This document shows positions 1 through 12,115 of a stretch of DNA of 64,000 nucleotides, piece after piece. Source of the stretch: Octopus sinensis (lineage: Eukaryota); contig NW_021830467.1 of the NCBI RefSeq assembly GCF_006345805.1, forward strand, positions 1-64,000, in the 5' to 3' direction. Each line of letters starts with the position of its first letter. Position 1 is the stretch's first letter. The notes beneath the pieces were generated by a model that had not been told where the DNA came from, did not search any database, and worked only from the letters and a program-made list of their open reading frames with translations. Position numbers and translations under genes: made by a program.

Positions 1-235
1 TTTTGAAATATTAAAATATGTTCATGAAGAACAGGGCTGTATACGTAATCAATTAGTTTACGTACTTACGTGCTTGTGATGTGTACTTAATCGGATATAG
101 TCCAGTATGTACGTACTCGGATATAGTCCAATACTTTTAATGAGTATTTCTGACTCGTTTGTAGTCCAGCGTTTTGTCAGTGCAGCGAGCGTGTTTACTA
201 CGTGTTGTGCGAGTGACGGAGGTAACACATAATTA

Positions 236-412
236 AAATACATCGTTTCATTCGGAAGGCAGAAATAAATTTAATGAGTATTACTTACTCGGATATAATT
301 CTGCACTTCGTCAGTTATTTTAGTCTCAATTTGTTCTCTTATTCCCGATGTTTTGAGATAGATTTTGGATCAGTGTTTTATCGCTCTCACATATTAAACG
401 TCCACGATGTTC
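236..412 (-). mobile_element. Diverged copy of the 5' end of the R4/Dong-like family seen at 41215-42018
   Basis: Minus strand CGTGGACGTTTAATATGTGAG...ATATCCGAGTAAGTAATACTCATTAAATTTATT...GAAACGATGTATTTT aligns colinearly with the minus strand of 41850-42018 (CGGGGACGTTTAAGATGTAAG...GTATCCGAGTAAGTAATACTAATTGAAATTTATT...GAAATGATGTATTTT). Confidence 0.65.
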
Positions 413-575
413 ACAATTGTCTACGTTAATAGATAAGATCCGGAGCCAAGCACTAACACGAAAGTGTTATGACAAGTAACTCATGCCGTATGAGAGGAAA
501 TATTAACAATGACAAATACTAAAAAAAGGAAAATATTAATATCAGTGATGATAATAATAATAATGAAAGGAAGCG

Positions 576-636
576 ATTGGAATCTCGTCATGTCCTAATA
601 GATGACATTGGAATCTCGTCATGTCCTAATAGATGA
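576..636 (+). repeat. 31-bp tandem duplication
   Basis: ATTGGAATCTCGTCATGTCCTAATAGATGA occurs at 576 and 607. Confidence 0.92.
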
Positions 637-639
637 TGG

Positions 640-1385
640 TGTCACAATAAAAACACTGTGACTGCGCAACCTGATAATTGCTACCTCATATGAGTGACAA
701 TGAAAAAACAAAATATTGTGAATAACGTTAGTAACGAAACTGAAGCTCTTGATGGTGACAGTGTTGCACCCGGCAGGCTCAAATGTACTGGTCCGAATCC
801 AGCCTGTCGTTATCCATCAATGGATAAACGTAAACGGAATAAACAAGTCAATGATGTGGTCATGGAGTGTTACTACCTGAGCAAGCCTGTAGACGAAAAT
901 GGTGTTCATATTAGGGGATACTGACAACGTATGTATGGTCAATGGAGAGAAAGACTCACGGCACAAAGATTATGTGACCAAGTTAGAGTAATAAGAAAAA
1001 ATCATTGGTTCACAGAAGTAGAGCTCGAAGCTATTAAAAGACGGGTGTTGGAAAACAGCAGCTGAGGAAACCTGAAAATACAGTTCTTATTGATAAAAGT
1101 AATCTCATAGAAGAAAACAGAAATTAAATCGCTAATAAACCACAGGAAAGGAACAGCGATAGTTTGGTCGATGAAAGACATAGAGATGGTTTGGGGAAAG
1201 ACAGTAAAACTTATGGGGGCATGACACATGGGCAAAAGGCAATTTACGACTGAATAAAATAAAGGCTACAGGAGAACGATAGCGACATTATATGCAACCT
1301 TAAAAAGGTTGATCGGTGGAAATTGAACCAAGAAACTAAAAATCTGAATGAATTTCTGCATCCATGCTGATTAACTACGCAATCG
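640..1385 (+). pseudogene. N-terminal ORF relic of an R4/Dong-like RLE non-LTR retrotransposon
   Basis: Translates across a stop and frameshifts to NKQVNDVVMECYYLSKPVDENGVHIRGY*QRMYGQWRE...LTAQRLCDQVRVIRKNHWFTEVELEAIKRRVL and LKKVDRWKLNQETKNLNE, resembling the R4/Dong ORF N-terminus. A short (TAA)n lies upstream at about 550-565. Confidence 0.7.
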
Positions 1386-1839
1386 TCAACGTAGTCACAT
1401 GTTTATACTGTTCTGTCGTAAAGACTTGACACGTATAAACGCTCCCAAGTGTCACCCAGTTACATCGTAGTTTAGAAACAACTGTAAAGAATGTCGTAAC
1501 CGGAAGTTTATGGCACAGAAGAAAGAAAACAGTAGAACGAAAGAAGTAAAGAGGACCTTATTAATAATTAGAATCCGCCATCAAAAACAGAAAAGATTTG
1601 AATGATGCGAATTCACAATTTATCAGTTGTCATTCAGCATATCCGCAGCATATCGCCCTAGCCACCATAACTAACGCCATCACATATCTGAGTTGTTTAA
1701 CAAATCTCTTTATTACCCGCTTGTTTAAGTGTTTTGGGTGTAAAAACTCTGATTTTCGAAATAAAAGTGTAATCATGGGCTTTTGTTTTGATAACCATGT
1801 TTCGAAATAGCATGCTTCTAGTATTATCAATCATTACAG

Positions 1840-1862
1840 GCACACATACATACAAACATGCA

Positions 1863-1894
<32 letters not shown>

Positions 1895-2152
1895 CATACA
1901 TACATACACACATACACACATACATACATACATGCTTACATACATACATACTTACATACATACATACATACATAAATAAATACATATATACATACGTACA
2001 TACATTCATACATACATACATACATACATAAATACGTATATTCATACATATGTACGTACGTATATATGCATTTATGTATGTACATATATATATAAGTATA
2101 TGCGCGTGTATATATATCTATATGTGTATGTATATATACATATATGTATATA

Positions 2153-2191
<39 letters not shown>

Positions 2192-2290
2192 ATGTATTTG
2201 TATGTATAGATATATATGCGTGTGTGTTCATATATTATATATATGTGTGTGTGTGTGTATACGTGTGTGTGTGTGTGTGCGTATTGTTAG
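1840..2290. repeat. Compound (ACAT)n/(AT)n/(GT)n microsatellite field
   Basis: Direct reading; source of the MYV/IHTY ORFs. Confidence 0.97.
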
Positions 2291-2579
2291 ATACACAGCA
2301 GATAGATTGATAGATAGACGCAAGCGTGTTATGTTTTTCTGTGTGTTTTTGTCAGAACAACATGTTATTCGATAACTTTTATGGTAAACCCTTTCTGTCG
2401 ACGCAATTCGTAGCACCTTCCTCGCTCCGGATCTCTCTTGACCCACCCTTAAGTCTTTCAATGTATTCATGTGCGTTGTATATATTTATATATTTGTTAT
2501 TTCCAAGCTTGTTTCGATAAATTGTTCGTCATATGGGGGAAAGCCAGCATTCTCATTTAATGAATGCAAAATTTCATGA

Positions 2580-2789
2580 CCTTATATATATATATATGTA
2601 TGTGTGCAAGCGTGGTTGTGTGTGTTTGTAGTGTATGTGTGTGTGTTCCTGTGTCTTCCTGTGTGTATGAGTGTGTTTGTTTGTGTGTGTGTGTTTATAT
2701 ATTTATCGACGTATATAAATATATGCATATACACACGCATACATATACACATGCATATTATTATAACATCTGTGAATATGATTGTATGC

Positions 2790-2851
<62 letters not shown>

Positions 2852-3723
2852 ATGTGAGTGCGTGCGTGTATATATATATATACATATATATATTCGTAAA
2901 TATATGTGTGTGTGCGTGCCTGTGTGTGTATGTGCGTGTGTGGGAGAGAGAGAGAGAGAGCGCGTGTGGGTGTTCTATTATGTAATATCGACTGCTCCAA
3001 TCTTCGATGTACAACGATAAAACATTCCCCACCTTTCCCTCCCACTCCCCCCCCACTAATACTCTCCTCACTCTCCTCCCCATTTCTCTCTCCCTTCCTC
3101 TCCCTTTATCGTCATGCTGATTATTCTGCTGCTATCAAAGCTAACATCTTTTAACTATATAACCGGAGTTTCGTATTAAAGCAACCTTACGGGTTCTGTT
3201 TCCAAAAGCTCCGTCTGATTTATTGCTTACTGTCACACTAGATGGCGTAATGCGTAGGGGTATGGGGTGTGTGTGTGTATGGATGGATGGATGCAAGTAT
3301 CTATGTATGTTTCTATGTATGTGTCAATGTTAGAGTTGGTATAGAAGTGTACGTACGCATGTTTATACGTCTGTGTGTTTGAGAATCCGTGAGTGTGTGC
3401 ACCGAAATATACGAGTGTTTGAATGTTAAAGGATTGTGTTCGTGCGGTTATACGTGTCTGTATGTGTGTGTGTGCATACATATATATATATATACACAAA
3501 CAAACTTATACATACATATATATATATAATTGTGCGTGTGTGTAAATTTGTATACGTGTACATACATATGTATATATACATATATCTACATCATATAAGG
3601 AATATTATATATATATATATATTTATAAATGTATATATATATATATATAAATATATAAATATGTGTGTGTGTATTCATATATATATATATATATATATAA
3701 ATATATATATATGTGTATATATC

Positions 3724-3819
<96 letters not shown>

Positions 3820-3835
3820 ATTCCTTATATATGAA
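2580..3835. repeat. Compound (AT)n/(GT)n/(GA)n microsatellite field with short unique spacers
   Basis: Direct reading. Confidence 0.9.
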
Positions 3836-4109
3836 TGATGTATGATATGTTGAGAGTAGATCGATAGATAGATCGATAGATATAGGGTGGAGGCTTGGAA
3901 GCGTGAGTGTGTAAGTAGCAAGGTGTATAACGGTATTATTGCGAGTATCTGTAGTTGTATCTGTGTCTATGGCCGAATATATTTGTGATGTCGGATATGG
4001 TTATGATGAAAGGTAGGGGGTCTGTGTTGATAATGCTGTTTTAGGCCCTGTTCCTAGTTTTGTTCGTGGGAGTTAATGAAATTTCGTTGTTGTATTTTCC
4101 AAGTATAGG

Positions 4110-4326
4110 AAGGTGGCGTGCTGAGAAAATCGTCAGCAGGTGAGGCAAAACAGTTAGAGGCTCTGCTAGCGGGTTTTACGTTCTGAGTTCTCATGAGACG
4201 AGGTCGAGTTTGTTTTTCACTTGTCGGAGTCTAGGAAATAAATAAAAGTTTAGGCCTGCGATCGACGTCATCAACTAGCCCCGTCCCCTGACACCTCAGG
4301 GATTTGGGCCTTATAGTAAGAAGGAT
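4110..4326 (+). mobile_element. Old tRNA-derived SINE (family A)
   Basis: Degenerate match to the family-A head AAGGTGGCGTGCTG..., then TACGTTCTGAGTTC and GAGGTCGAGTTTG; tail TTGGGCCTTATAGTAAGAAGGA. Confidence 0.65.
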
Positions 4327-4384
4327 AATATACTTCATGCACAGCATCTCCCTTAAACATGTGTGTAAGCATATACGGATCTTT

Positions 4385-4520
4385 CACTTGTTTCACTTGT
4401 GAGTCTGCGGCCACGATGGGGCACCACACTGCAGAATTTTTAATCGAATGAATCGATTCAAGTACTTTTTTAAAAAGTTGCTACTTATTCTTTTGCTAAA
4501 CTGTTCAGTTATGGACGTAA

Positions 4521-4560
<40 letters not shown>
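4385..4560 (-). mobile_element. 3' half of SINE family B, decayed
   Basis: CACTTGTTTCACTTGTGAGTCTGCGGCCACGATGGGGCACC matches the reverse complement of the family-B tail. Confidence 0.55.
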
Positions 4561-4565
<5 letters not shown>

Positions 4566-5046
4566 CTCTCTCTCTCTCTCACTCTCTCTGTCACACACAC
4601 ACACAAACACACATATATATACCCTTAGACTCACCTCCGCGACATCAGATTTGGCAATGATATTCATCGCCTCCATTCACATACACACAGACACGTTAGA
4701 CTAACTCGCCCCCATTTACACATACACACTCACACACATCATTCTCACAGATCCACACACGCATGCGCACCTTAATTCGTTGGGGTCACCATTACTTTTA
4801 CTGCTATTAGTATTATTATTTATTACTATTATTATTATTTTTTTTTTTTCTTCTTCTTTCAAATTTGCTTCCATTTCTTGCCGAGTGTCTTCCCGACTCC
4901 TAGGGCAAAGAAACTTATAGTATACATTGGTAGGCCATTAAACCAAACTCAATAGTTCGTTCATTTTTTTTTTCTCTTTTTTTTAAGTTAAATTAAAATA
5001 CATGAGCAGCAACAGTTCTCACATCGACAATGCTCTTCTCAATACT

Positions 5047-5180
<134 letters not shown>

Positions 5181-5298
5181 TTCCTTTCATTCAACGTCTT
5201 TTTTCCAGTCATATCGCCATGCTGGACTTTTGAACTCTGCACATTTTTTCTGTCTTCGTTTTTTTTTTTTCATTCTCTGTCCATTTTTGTCCTCTTAA

Positions 5299-5337
5299 TC
5301 CTTTCTGTCGAAGAGCTTAGGCTCGAAACATATAAGA
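5299..5337 (+). ncRNA. Minimal type I hammerhead-like motif (A6U core, extra A) within a ~250-bp element 5181-5430
   Basis: TCCTTT|CTGTCGA|A|GAGC-TTAG-GCTC|GAA|ACAT|A|TAAGA. Stem II is perfect; stem III is ACGT with CpG decay; stem I is imperfect. About 95 nt to (TA)n. Confidence 0.55.
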
Positions 5338-5609
5338 CTTATCCATTTATCCTAAGCGTTAAATTAATACAGCTGCTTGTTATTGCTACACTTGTCTTCG
5401 TCATGTGTTTTCTGTAACTTTGAACTATATATAAATACGTATGTGTGTGTGTGTGTGTGTGTGTGAGTATGTGTGTGTGTCATTGTATTTGTCATCCTCA
5501 TCATCGCTTGACAACCGATGCTGGTATGTTTACGTCCCCATATATATATATATTTATATTGGTATATGTATAGAGCTAGATAAATAGATAGATACTCATA
5601 TATATATAA

Positions 5610-5648
<39 letters not shown>

Positions 5649-6074
5649 CATACATATTTGAGGCGGGTACGATAAGTGGTTGTGTGTATGATCTCGCTAC
5701 TTGTGATGTGTGTGTATGTATGTATCTCTTTAACGGTGTGTATGTATAACTTTGAGAGCGTACGAGTTTGTATGCGTCTGTGTGCCTCTGTGTGCGCGTG
5801 TGCGTATGTCTGTATGTATTGGTGTGTGTATGTGTGTGTGCGTGTCTGTGTATCTGCCATTTGGATTATTTCATCGATGGTGCAATACCCTTATTCCTCT
5901 AGTTTTTATTCTAGTAGTAGTAGTAGTAGTAGTAGTAATTTTCGCTGTTTTTGTTGTTGTTCTAGTTGCTGGCGCTATTGTTCCTATAATTGCTTTCCGT
6001 CTTAATTTTCGTTTTTGATATTGTTTATTATTAAGAATATTATGTCACTGTTTCCCAGTTAGATGTTTATTGTC

Positions 6075-6079
6075 GCTAC

Positions 6080-6122
<43 letters not shown>

Positions 6123-6127
6123 GATGT

Positions 6128-6172
<45 letters not shown>

Positions 6173-6425
6173 CGATGCTACTACTGCTCATGCTGCTGCC
6201 GATATTGCTCCTGCTGCTGTTGCCGCCTGCTGCTGTTGCTGTTGATGATGACGCCGACAACAACGACGGCGATGACGACGATGGGTGGTGATGATAATCA
6301 TGATGACGATGATAAGGTTGACGCTGATGATGATTATGATAATGATAATGACGTTCATGTTGGTAGTGGTGGTGGTGGTGATGGTGTTTACAATGAATAC
6401 GATGATGATAATGATGATGATGGCG
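6075..6425. repeat. (GTT)n/(GAT)n/(GCT)n trinucleotide field
   Basis: Direct reading. Confidence 0.95.
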
Positions 6426-6544
6426 ATGCGGCGTAGGAGGCTGAGCAGGAAATTAAGAGTGTTTCTTTTTTAAAGCTTTGAGTTTCTTCTATTGATTCGA
6501 ATTTCGGTCGAGGATATAGTATAAACGTTTACTAAACATGTGGA

Positions 6545-6885
6545 TATAACATGGTGTGCATATTAATTAGTTAAGTGTGCAATAACATGGTTAATGTAGG
6601 GGAGCAAAAGATATTTTAATTAATTAAAACCAAACCATTAAGGAACAGAAAAATATCATTCTCCTGATAATTAACTCAACTAAAAAAAACGCCTGGTAAA
6701 CAACCCCTACTGAATTTAAATTAACCGAAGTTAATATTTATTCATAAGGCATCATATATTTATAAGTTAATTAATTATGCCTGAACGCCATCCATGAAGA
6801 AATATGTAAATTAACTTGAGTCGTTCATAAGTTTATATACGATTTTAATAAATAGATGAATCCAGGTTTGTGGTTTTTATGCGTG
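6545..6885 (+). repeat. Dispersed repeat, left member of an inverted pair with 9495-9835
   Basis: GGTGTGCATATTAATTAGTTAAGTGTGCAATAACATG at about 6552 is the reverse complement of CATGTTATTGCACACTTAACTAATTAATATGCACACC at about 9787-9823. Similarity continues inward for about 330 bp. Confidence 0.8.
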
Positions 6886-6990
6886 CATTACGATCTGGAA
6901 AGTAAGAGACAAGCAATCACTGATAACGTATTTATTAAAATTAAAACCAAAACCAAAACCAAAAATCTCCTTTAGGTTTTCGTTCTAAAT

Positions 6991-7155
6991 AGGAGTGGCT
7001 GTGTGGTAAGTAGCTTGCTAAACAACCACATGATTCCGGGTTCAGTCCCACTGCGTGGCATCTTGGGCAAGTGTCTTCTGCTATAGCCCCGGGCCGACCA
7101 ATGCCTTGTGAGTGGATTTGGTAGACGGAAACTGAAAGAAGCCTGTCGTATATAT

Positions 7156-7193
<38 letters not shown>

Positions 7194-7403
7194 TTGTGTG
7201 TCTGTGTTTGTCCCCCTAGCATTGCTTGACAACCGATGCTGGTCTGTTTACGTCCCCGTCACTTAGCGGTTCGGCAAAAGAGACTGATAGAATAAGTACT
7301 GGGCTTACAAAGAATAAGTCATGGGGTCGATTTGCTCGACTAAAGGCGGTGCTCCAGCATGGCCGCAGTCAAATGACTGAAACAAGTAAAAGAGTAAAAG
7401 AGT
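6991..7403 (+). mobile_element. Full-length tRNA-derived SINE (family B)
   Basis: Head AGGAGTGGCTGTGTGGTAAG, box-B-like GGGTTCAGTCCC, CTTGGGCAAGTGTCTTC domain, internal (TA)/(GT) tract, tail (GTAAAAGA)n. Near-identical copies at 29802, 45377 and 50637. Confidence 0.92.
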
Positions 7404-7704
7404 AATAGCGAGCGTGGTGTGATAACTATAGCTGTTTAATTGTGGTGTAGGTTCTCGTCACTTCGACGAATGGCAGCTGGATCAACATTATACAGCTTAA
7501 GAACTACCACCCTATGGCCACCTGTCTGCAGGGTCAAACCTGAAGAATTCCAGTAGCATTTTCTGTTTGTCCCTTCAACCTCTTACTCTAATGCTACTGG
7601 AATTATGAAAGAGGTGGAATGCTGTTGATGCTGGTATCCTGGTTTGCTGAACAACTAGCGTGATCGACTAGCTCCCTCCCTCAATTGTGTATATATTAGA
7701 AAGA

Positions 7705-7782
<78 letters not shown>

Positions 7783-7783
<1 letters not shown>

Positions 7784-8932
7784 TATGTTTGACTTTTGCT
7801 TTATGTCTGTAAAAGTTGGCTCCAAGTCTCATCCAGAGACCTCAAGAGACAGCAGGTTGCAAGTTCACGTTGCAGTGATGCCTAGTGTGCCATATATTTG
7901 GGGTTTTTTTGGTGTTGTACTAGTGAATGTCTAATAAATAAACAAAAAAAAGTTTGTTTTAAACCTTGGGATTACATACAGAGTATTTTGCGTAGGATAT
8001 GAACGGTTCCCATGAGCACTACCTTTTGAATTCTGCCATTTTGGGGTTTCCTAGTATCTGAGTTAGGTAGCAATCAGCCCCTTTCGCTATCATTCCCAAG
8101 GCACCTATGATAACAGGTATTGTTTTAGTCTTCAGGTTCCACATTTTGCTGATTTCTATTTCAAGATCTTTATATTTGCTCAGTTTTTGGTAGGTCTTGA
8201 CAGATACGTTTAAATCGATTGGGACAGTCATATCAATGAGGAGGCATGTTCTTTGTCTGAAGTCTTTCAATATGATGTCTGGCCTATTTGCATCTATCTT
8301 TCTGTCAGTTTGAATGGTGAAGTTCCAGAGGAGTGAGATGTGGTCATTTTCAAGCACTTGAGGTGGATTGTGTTCCCACTAGTTTTTTTTTCATGGGGCA
8401 AATCCAGGTTTTTACAAATTACCCAGTGAATATATTGTGCAGCTCTATCATACCTGTTGAGGTACTCTGTAGGCGCTAGAAGACTGCATTTGGAGACAAC
8501 ATGATCAATGGTTTCATTTTGTTGTCGGCATACACGACATGTTGGGCTACTGCCGTTCTTTAATATGTTGGCCTGGTAGTTTCTTGTTGGTAGGCATTAA
8601 TCTTGAGCTGCTATGATAAACCCTTCTGTTTCAGATTTTAAGCCAGACGCCATTAGCCATTGATGGGCCAGGGCTTTGTCAATATCTGCATTATTCGCTC
8701 TCTTTTGGTATTTGCCATAGAGAGGTTTTTCTTGCCATTTATTATTCAGAATATCTAAGGCCGCAGTTTTGGCACGGGTTTTCATGCGCCTAGCTTTTTC
8801 TGTGCTTGTTTCTTGTATGTCTATCTCTAATTCCGAAATTTGTTGTATTCGGAATTCACTTAGATATTCCTTTGCCTGTTTTGTTACTGAGTATGATGCT
8901 TTCTTGTTTTCATGTTTTGGGACAAGTTTTAA

Positions 8933-8934
<2 letters not shown>
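7783..8934 (-). pseudogene. 5'-truncated R4/Dong-like RLE non-LTR retrotransposon (zinc knuckle, restriction-like endonuclease, 3'UTR)
   Basis: Translation includes WLMASGLKSETEGFIIAAQD*, CRVCRQQNETIDHVVSKC, and NRPDIILKD...LLIDMTVP...KLSKYKDLEIEISKMW...IPVIIGALG. It has one stop and frameshifts, and (TTA)n lies on both sides. Confidence 0.92.
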
Positions 8935-8995
<61 letters not shown>

Positions 8996-8997
8996 CA

Positions 8998-9203
8998 AGG
9001 CGGTGAACTGGCAGAATTATTAGCACGCCGGGGAAAATGCTTAGCAGCATTTCTTCGTTTTCACGTTCTGAGTTCTAATATAACTTAGGTCGATTTTACC
9101 ATTCGTCCTTTCGGTGTCGAGGAAATAAGTACCAGTTGAATACTGGGGTCGATGGGATCAACTTCTTTGAAATTTCTGACCTTGTGCCAAAATTTGAAAC
9201 CAC
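8998..9203 (+). mobile_element. SINE family A, tail class 2
   Basis: Head AAGGCGGTGAACTGGCAGAA; GTACCAGTTGAATACTGGGGTCGAT; tail CTTGTGCCAAAATTTGAAACCA. Confidence 0.8.
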
Positions 9204-9210
9204 TATTATT

Positions 9211-9242
<32 letters not shown>

Positions 9243-9494
9243 TATTATCAAAGCGGAGTTGGACTTTGCATTTGATAATATCGAGATCGATAAAAAACGT
9301 GCCAGTGAAGTACTGTGATCGATTTAATCAACAAACCTATTCCTACTAAAATCCAGTCCTTGTGCCTATAGTAGAAGGGATTATTGGTTTTATTTTTCCT
9401 GCGAAGTTGGACACTTATAAACCATTATAACACATTGAGTCCATAAGTTCCCATTTTATGAAATACTCATCAGGGATCGCGTAATTCAGAATTT

Positions 9495-9835
9495 GAAGGT
9501 GCCGAAACCAAAAAACCTGGATACATTTATTAAAAACGCATTTAAAATTATGCACGACATAAGGTGATTTACATATTGTCACATGACTGACGTCCACGAA
9601 TAATTAATTAGCGCATAAATTCATCATAGCGTATGAATAATTATTAACTTCGATAAATTGAAATTCTATTGGTTGTCTTTCTGTCATTTTTTTGGTAGAG
9701 TTAATTGTTAAGATAATGATATTCTTCTCTTCACTAATGGCGTAGTTTTAATTAATTAAAATGTCTTTCAGCTCCTCTACTTTAAACATGTTATTGCACA
9801 CTTAACTAATTAATATGCACACCGCGTAATATGCA
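9495..9835 (-). repeat. Dispersed repeat, right member of the inverted pair with 6545-6885
   Basis: Reverse-complement similarity to 6545-6885, visually about 70-75% identity. Confidence 0.8.
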
Positions 9836-9904
9836 TATGATTAGTCTATATATGTATATATATAATTTTCCCTACATAGAAATGTATTTACATATAAACA
9901 TATA

Positions 9905-10037
9905 TCAGCGTCATCAATGTTCATCGGCATCATTACCATCGACCTCATCGGCATCTTGATCGTCATCATCACATCAAATCATCATCATCATCATCATATC
10001 ATCGTCGTCGTCATTGTCACCGTCGTTGTGATCATCG

Positions 10038-10075
<38 letters not shown>

Positions 10076-10600
10076 GCAATCTATATTATCATTATTATCA
10101 TTAATATAACGACTGTCCCCGATAATCGTCCATTATCATCATCATCATCATCAGAGATATGACAACTGTGTTAATGAAATTTATGTTGTTGTTTTTGTTG
10201 CTGCTGACAACGATGCTGCTGCTGCTGTTATAAGGTTGAAGACGACGACGACGACGGCGACGATGATGACGATGACGACGACGATGATGATGATTAAAAT
10301 GAAATGATGACGTGGATGATGATGAAGACGATGGTGATGATCAATTCGTTGACGACGAGGATGATGAGGATGATTATCATGATGATGGTAATAATGACGA
10401 AGAGGAAAATGAAGATGATGATGAGGAGGGGAGGAGAGGAGGAAGATGCTGATGATGATGATGGTGATAATGATGAAGACATGGACGACGGTTGTGATGA
10501 TGATGGTGATGATATTGATGATAATGATGCTAATAACGATAATGATGAAGATGATGGTGTTAGTGCTGATGATGATTACATTGATATCGAAAACAATTGG
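9905..10600. repeat. (CAT)n/(GAT)n/(GAC)n low-complexity field
   Basis: Direct reading. Confidence 0.93.
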
Positions 10601-10882
10601 GAATACAACACATTCTCTCTTCCTTATCCCCCTTCTTCCCCCCCCCATCACCATCTTTATCACTTAAACATTTATCCTAACACTCCTTTCCTATTATAAT
10701 GTAATTTACTCTCTAACCAGGTTTTATCTTTCCATCATGCATCTACCAATAGCAAATAGAAAAATCACTTGGGAAAATTAACTCTCGTTTTCATCAGCCT
10801 AAGAACAGGGCTTGCAAAATTTTCCTTTTAAACACATAACCTGCACATCACAGGTAATTCTCTACGCTATATTCCTAATATA

Positions 10883-11114
10883 TATTTCTTTATAGCCCAT
10901 AGTGGCTAAACATAGAGGGGACAAACAAGGACGGACGAAGGGATTAAGTCGATTACATCGACCCCAGTGCATAACTGGTACTTTATTTATCGACCCCGAA
11001 AGGATGAAAGGCAAAGTCGACTTCGGCGGAATTTGAACTCAGAACGTAGCGGCAGACGAAATACCGCTAAGCATTTCGCCCGGCGTGCTAACGTTTCGGC
11101 CAGTTCGCCACCTT
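10883..11114 (-). mobile_element. Full-length SINE family A, tail class 1
   Basis: Minus strand TAAGGTGGCGAACTGGCCGAAACGTTAGCACG, box B GAGTTCAAATTCC, tail ending ...TATAAAGAAATA. Confidence 0.92.
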
Positions 11115-11421
11115 AAAGGGTAATAATAAAAGAATTGTACCCAATGAGATGTATGCTCTTCTCTCTCTTTTCCCTCTTTCTAAAACGAAGTTCTCCACAT
11201 AAGACAAAAGATGAATATGCTTAGAAACGATTATCTCCCCACGAGGAAGGAATCTCTTTCACCACCGCATCCCACTTTATTTCTACCACAGTATATGTGG
11301 CTTTCTGTAAGACCGTAATCTGGATTATAATGTGTAAAACATGGTCTAGATGCCACAGGCATCCCTTCGCAACTCTAGCCAGTGGGGCAAGACCGAGGCG
11401 ACGGTAAAAGGCCTAACGGTA

Positions 11422-11590
11422 TGACGTTCTGAGTTCAAATTCCGCCGAGGTCGACTTTGCCGTTCATCCTTTCGGGGTCGATTAAATAAGTACCAGTTAC
11501 GCACTGGGGTCGATGTAATCGATTTAATCCATGTGTCTGTCCTTGTTTGTCTCCTCTGTGTTTAGCCCCTTGTGGGTAGTAAAGAAATAG
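11422..11590 (+). mobile_element. 5'-truncated SINE family A with TSD
   Basis: Begins at ...GTTCTGAGTTCAAATTCC; GGTATGAC is duplicated on both sides. Confidence 0.9.
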
Positions 11591-11883
11591 GTATGACAGT
11601 TCTCCCATTCTGTGGCGGTAGGCCTCTCGACTGGCAGGCCACTTACTGTGACACCTTCTCCACCGGCTGATCGTCAGACTGACAAAAGCAAACTGTCAAG
11701 GTATCGGTCGCTCTTTGACATGTTTATGGTCGAGCCTGTATCAGTGGCTTTCTGGCACAGGCTAAATCCCTGCTCACTGTCTATCCGCAATTGCAAGCCC
11801 TGTGTGTCAGTCAGAGTCGCTGATGCAGCGCATCTCCCTCGTCATCCTCCAGGGTAACACCTTTTCGTTTGTCTGCTGGAACC

Positions 11884-12115
11884 TATTTCTTTACTACCCA
11901 CAAGGGGCTAAACACAGAGGAGACAAACAAGGACAGACACATGGATTAAATCGATTACATCGACCCCAGTGCGTAACTGGTACTTATTTAATCGACCCCG
12001 AAAGGATGAAAGGCAAAGTCGACCTCGGCTGAATTTGAACTCAGAACATAACGGCAGACGAAATACGGCTACGCATTTCGCCCGGTGTGCTAACGATTCT
12101 GCCAGCTCGCCGCCT
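11884..12115 (-). mobile_element. Young full-length SINE family A with perfect 16-bp TSD
   Basis: TTTGTCTGCTGGAACC flanks both ends; intact box A/B-like head. Confidence 0.93.

Noticed and set aside
3155-3200. Minus-strand ...TACGAAACTCCGGTT resembling a hammerhead 3' half
   Set aside because: No recognisable CUGANGA core or stem II; too decayed to support.
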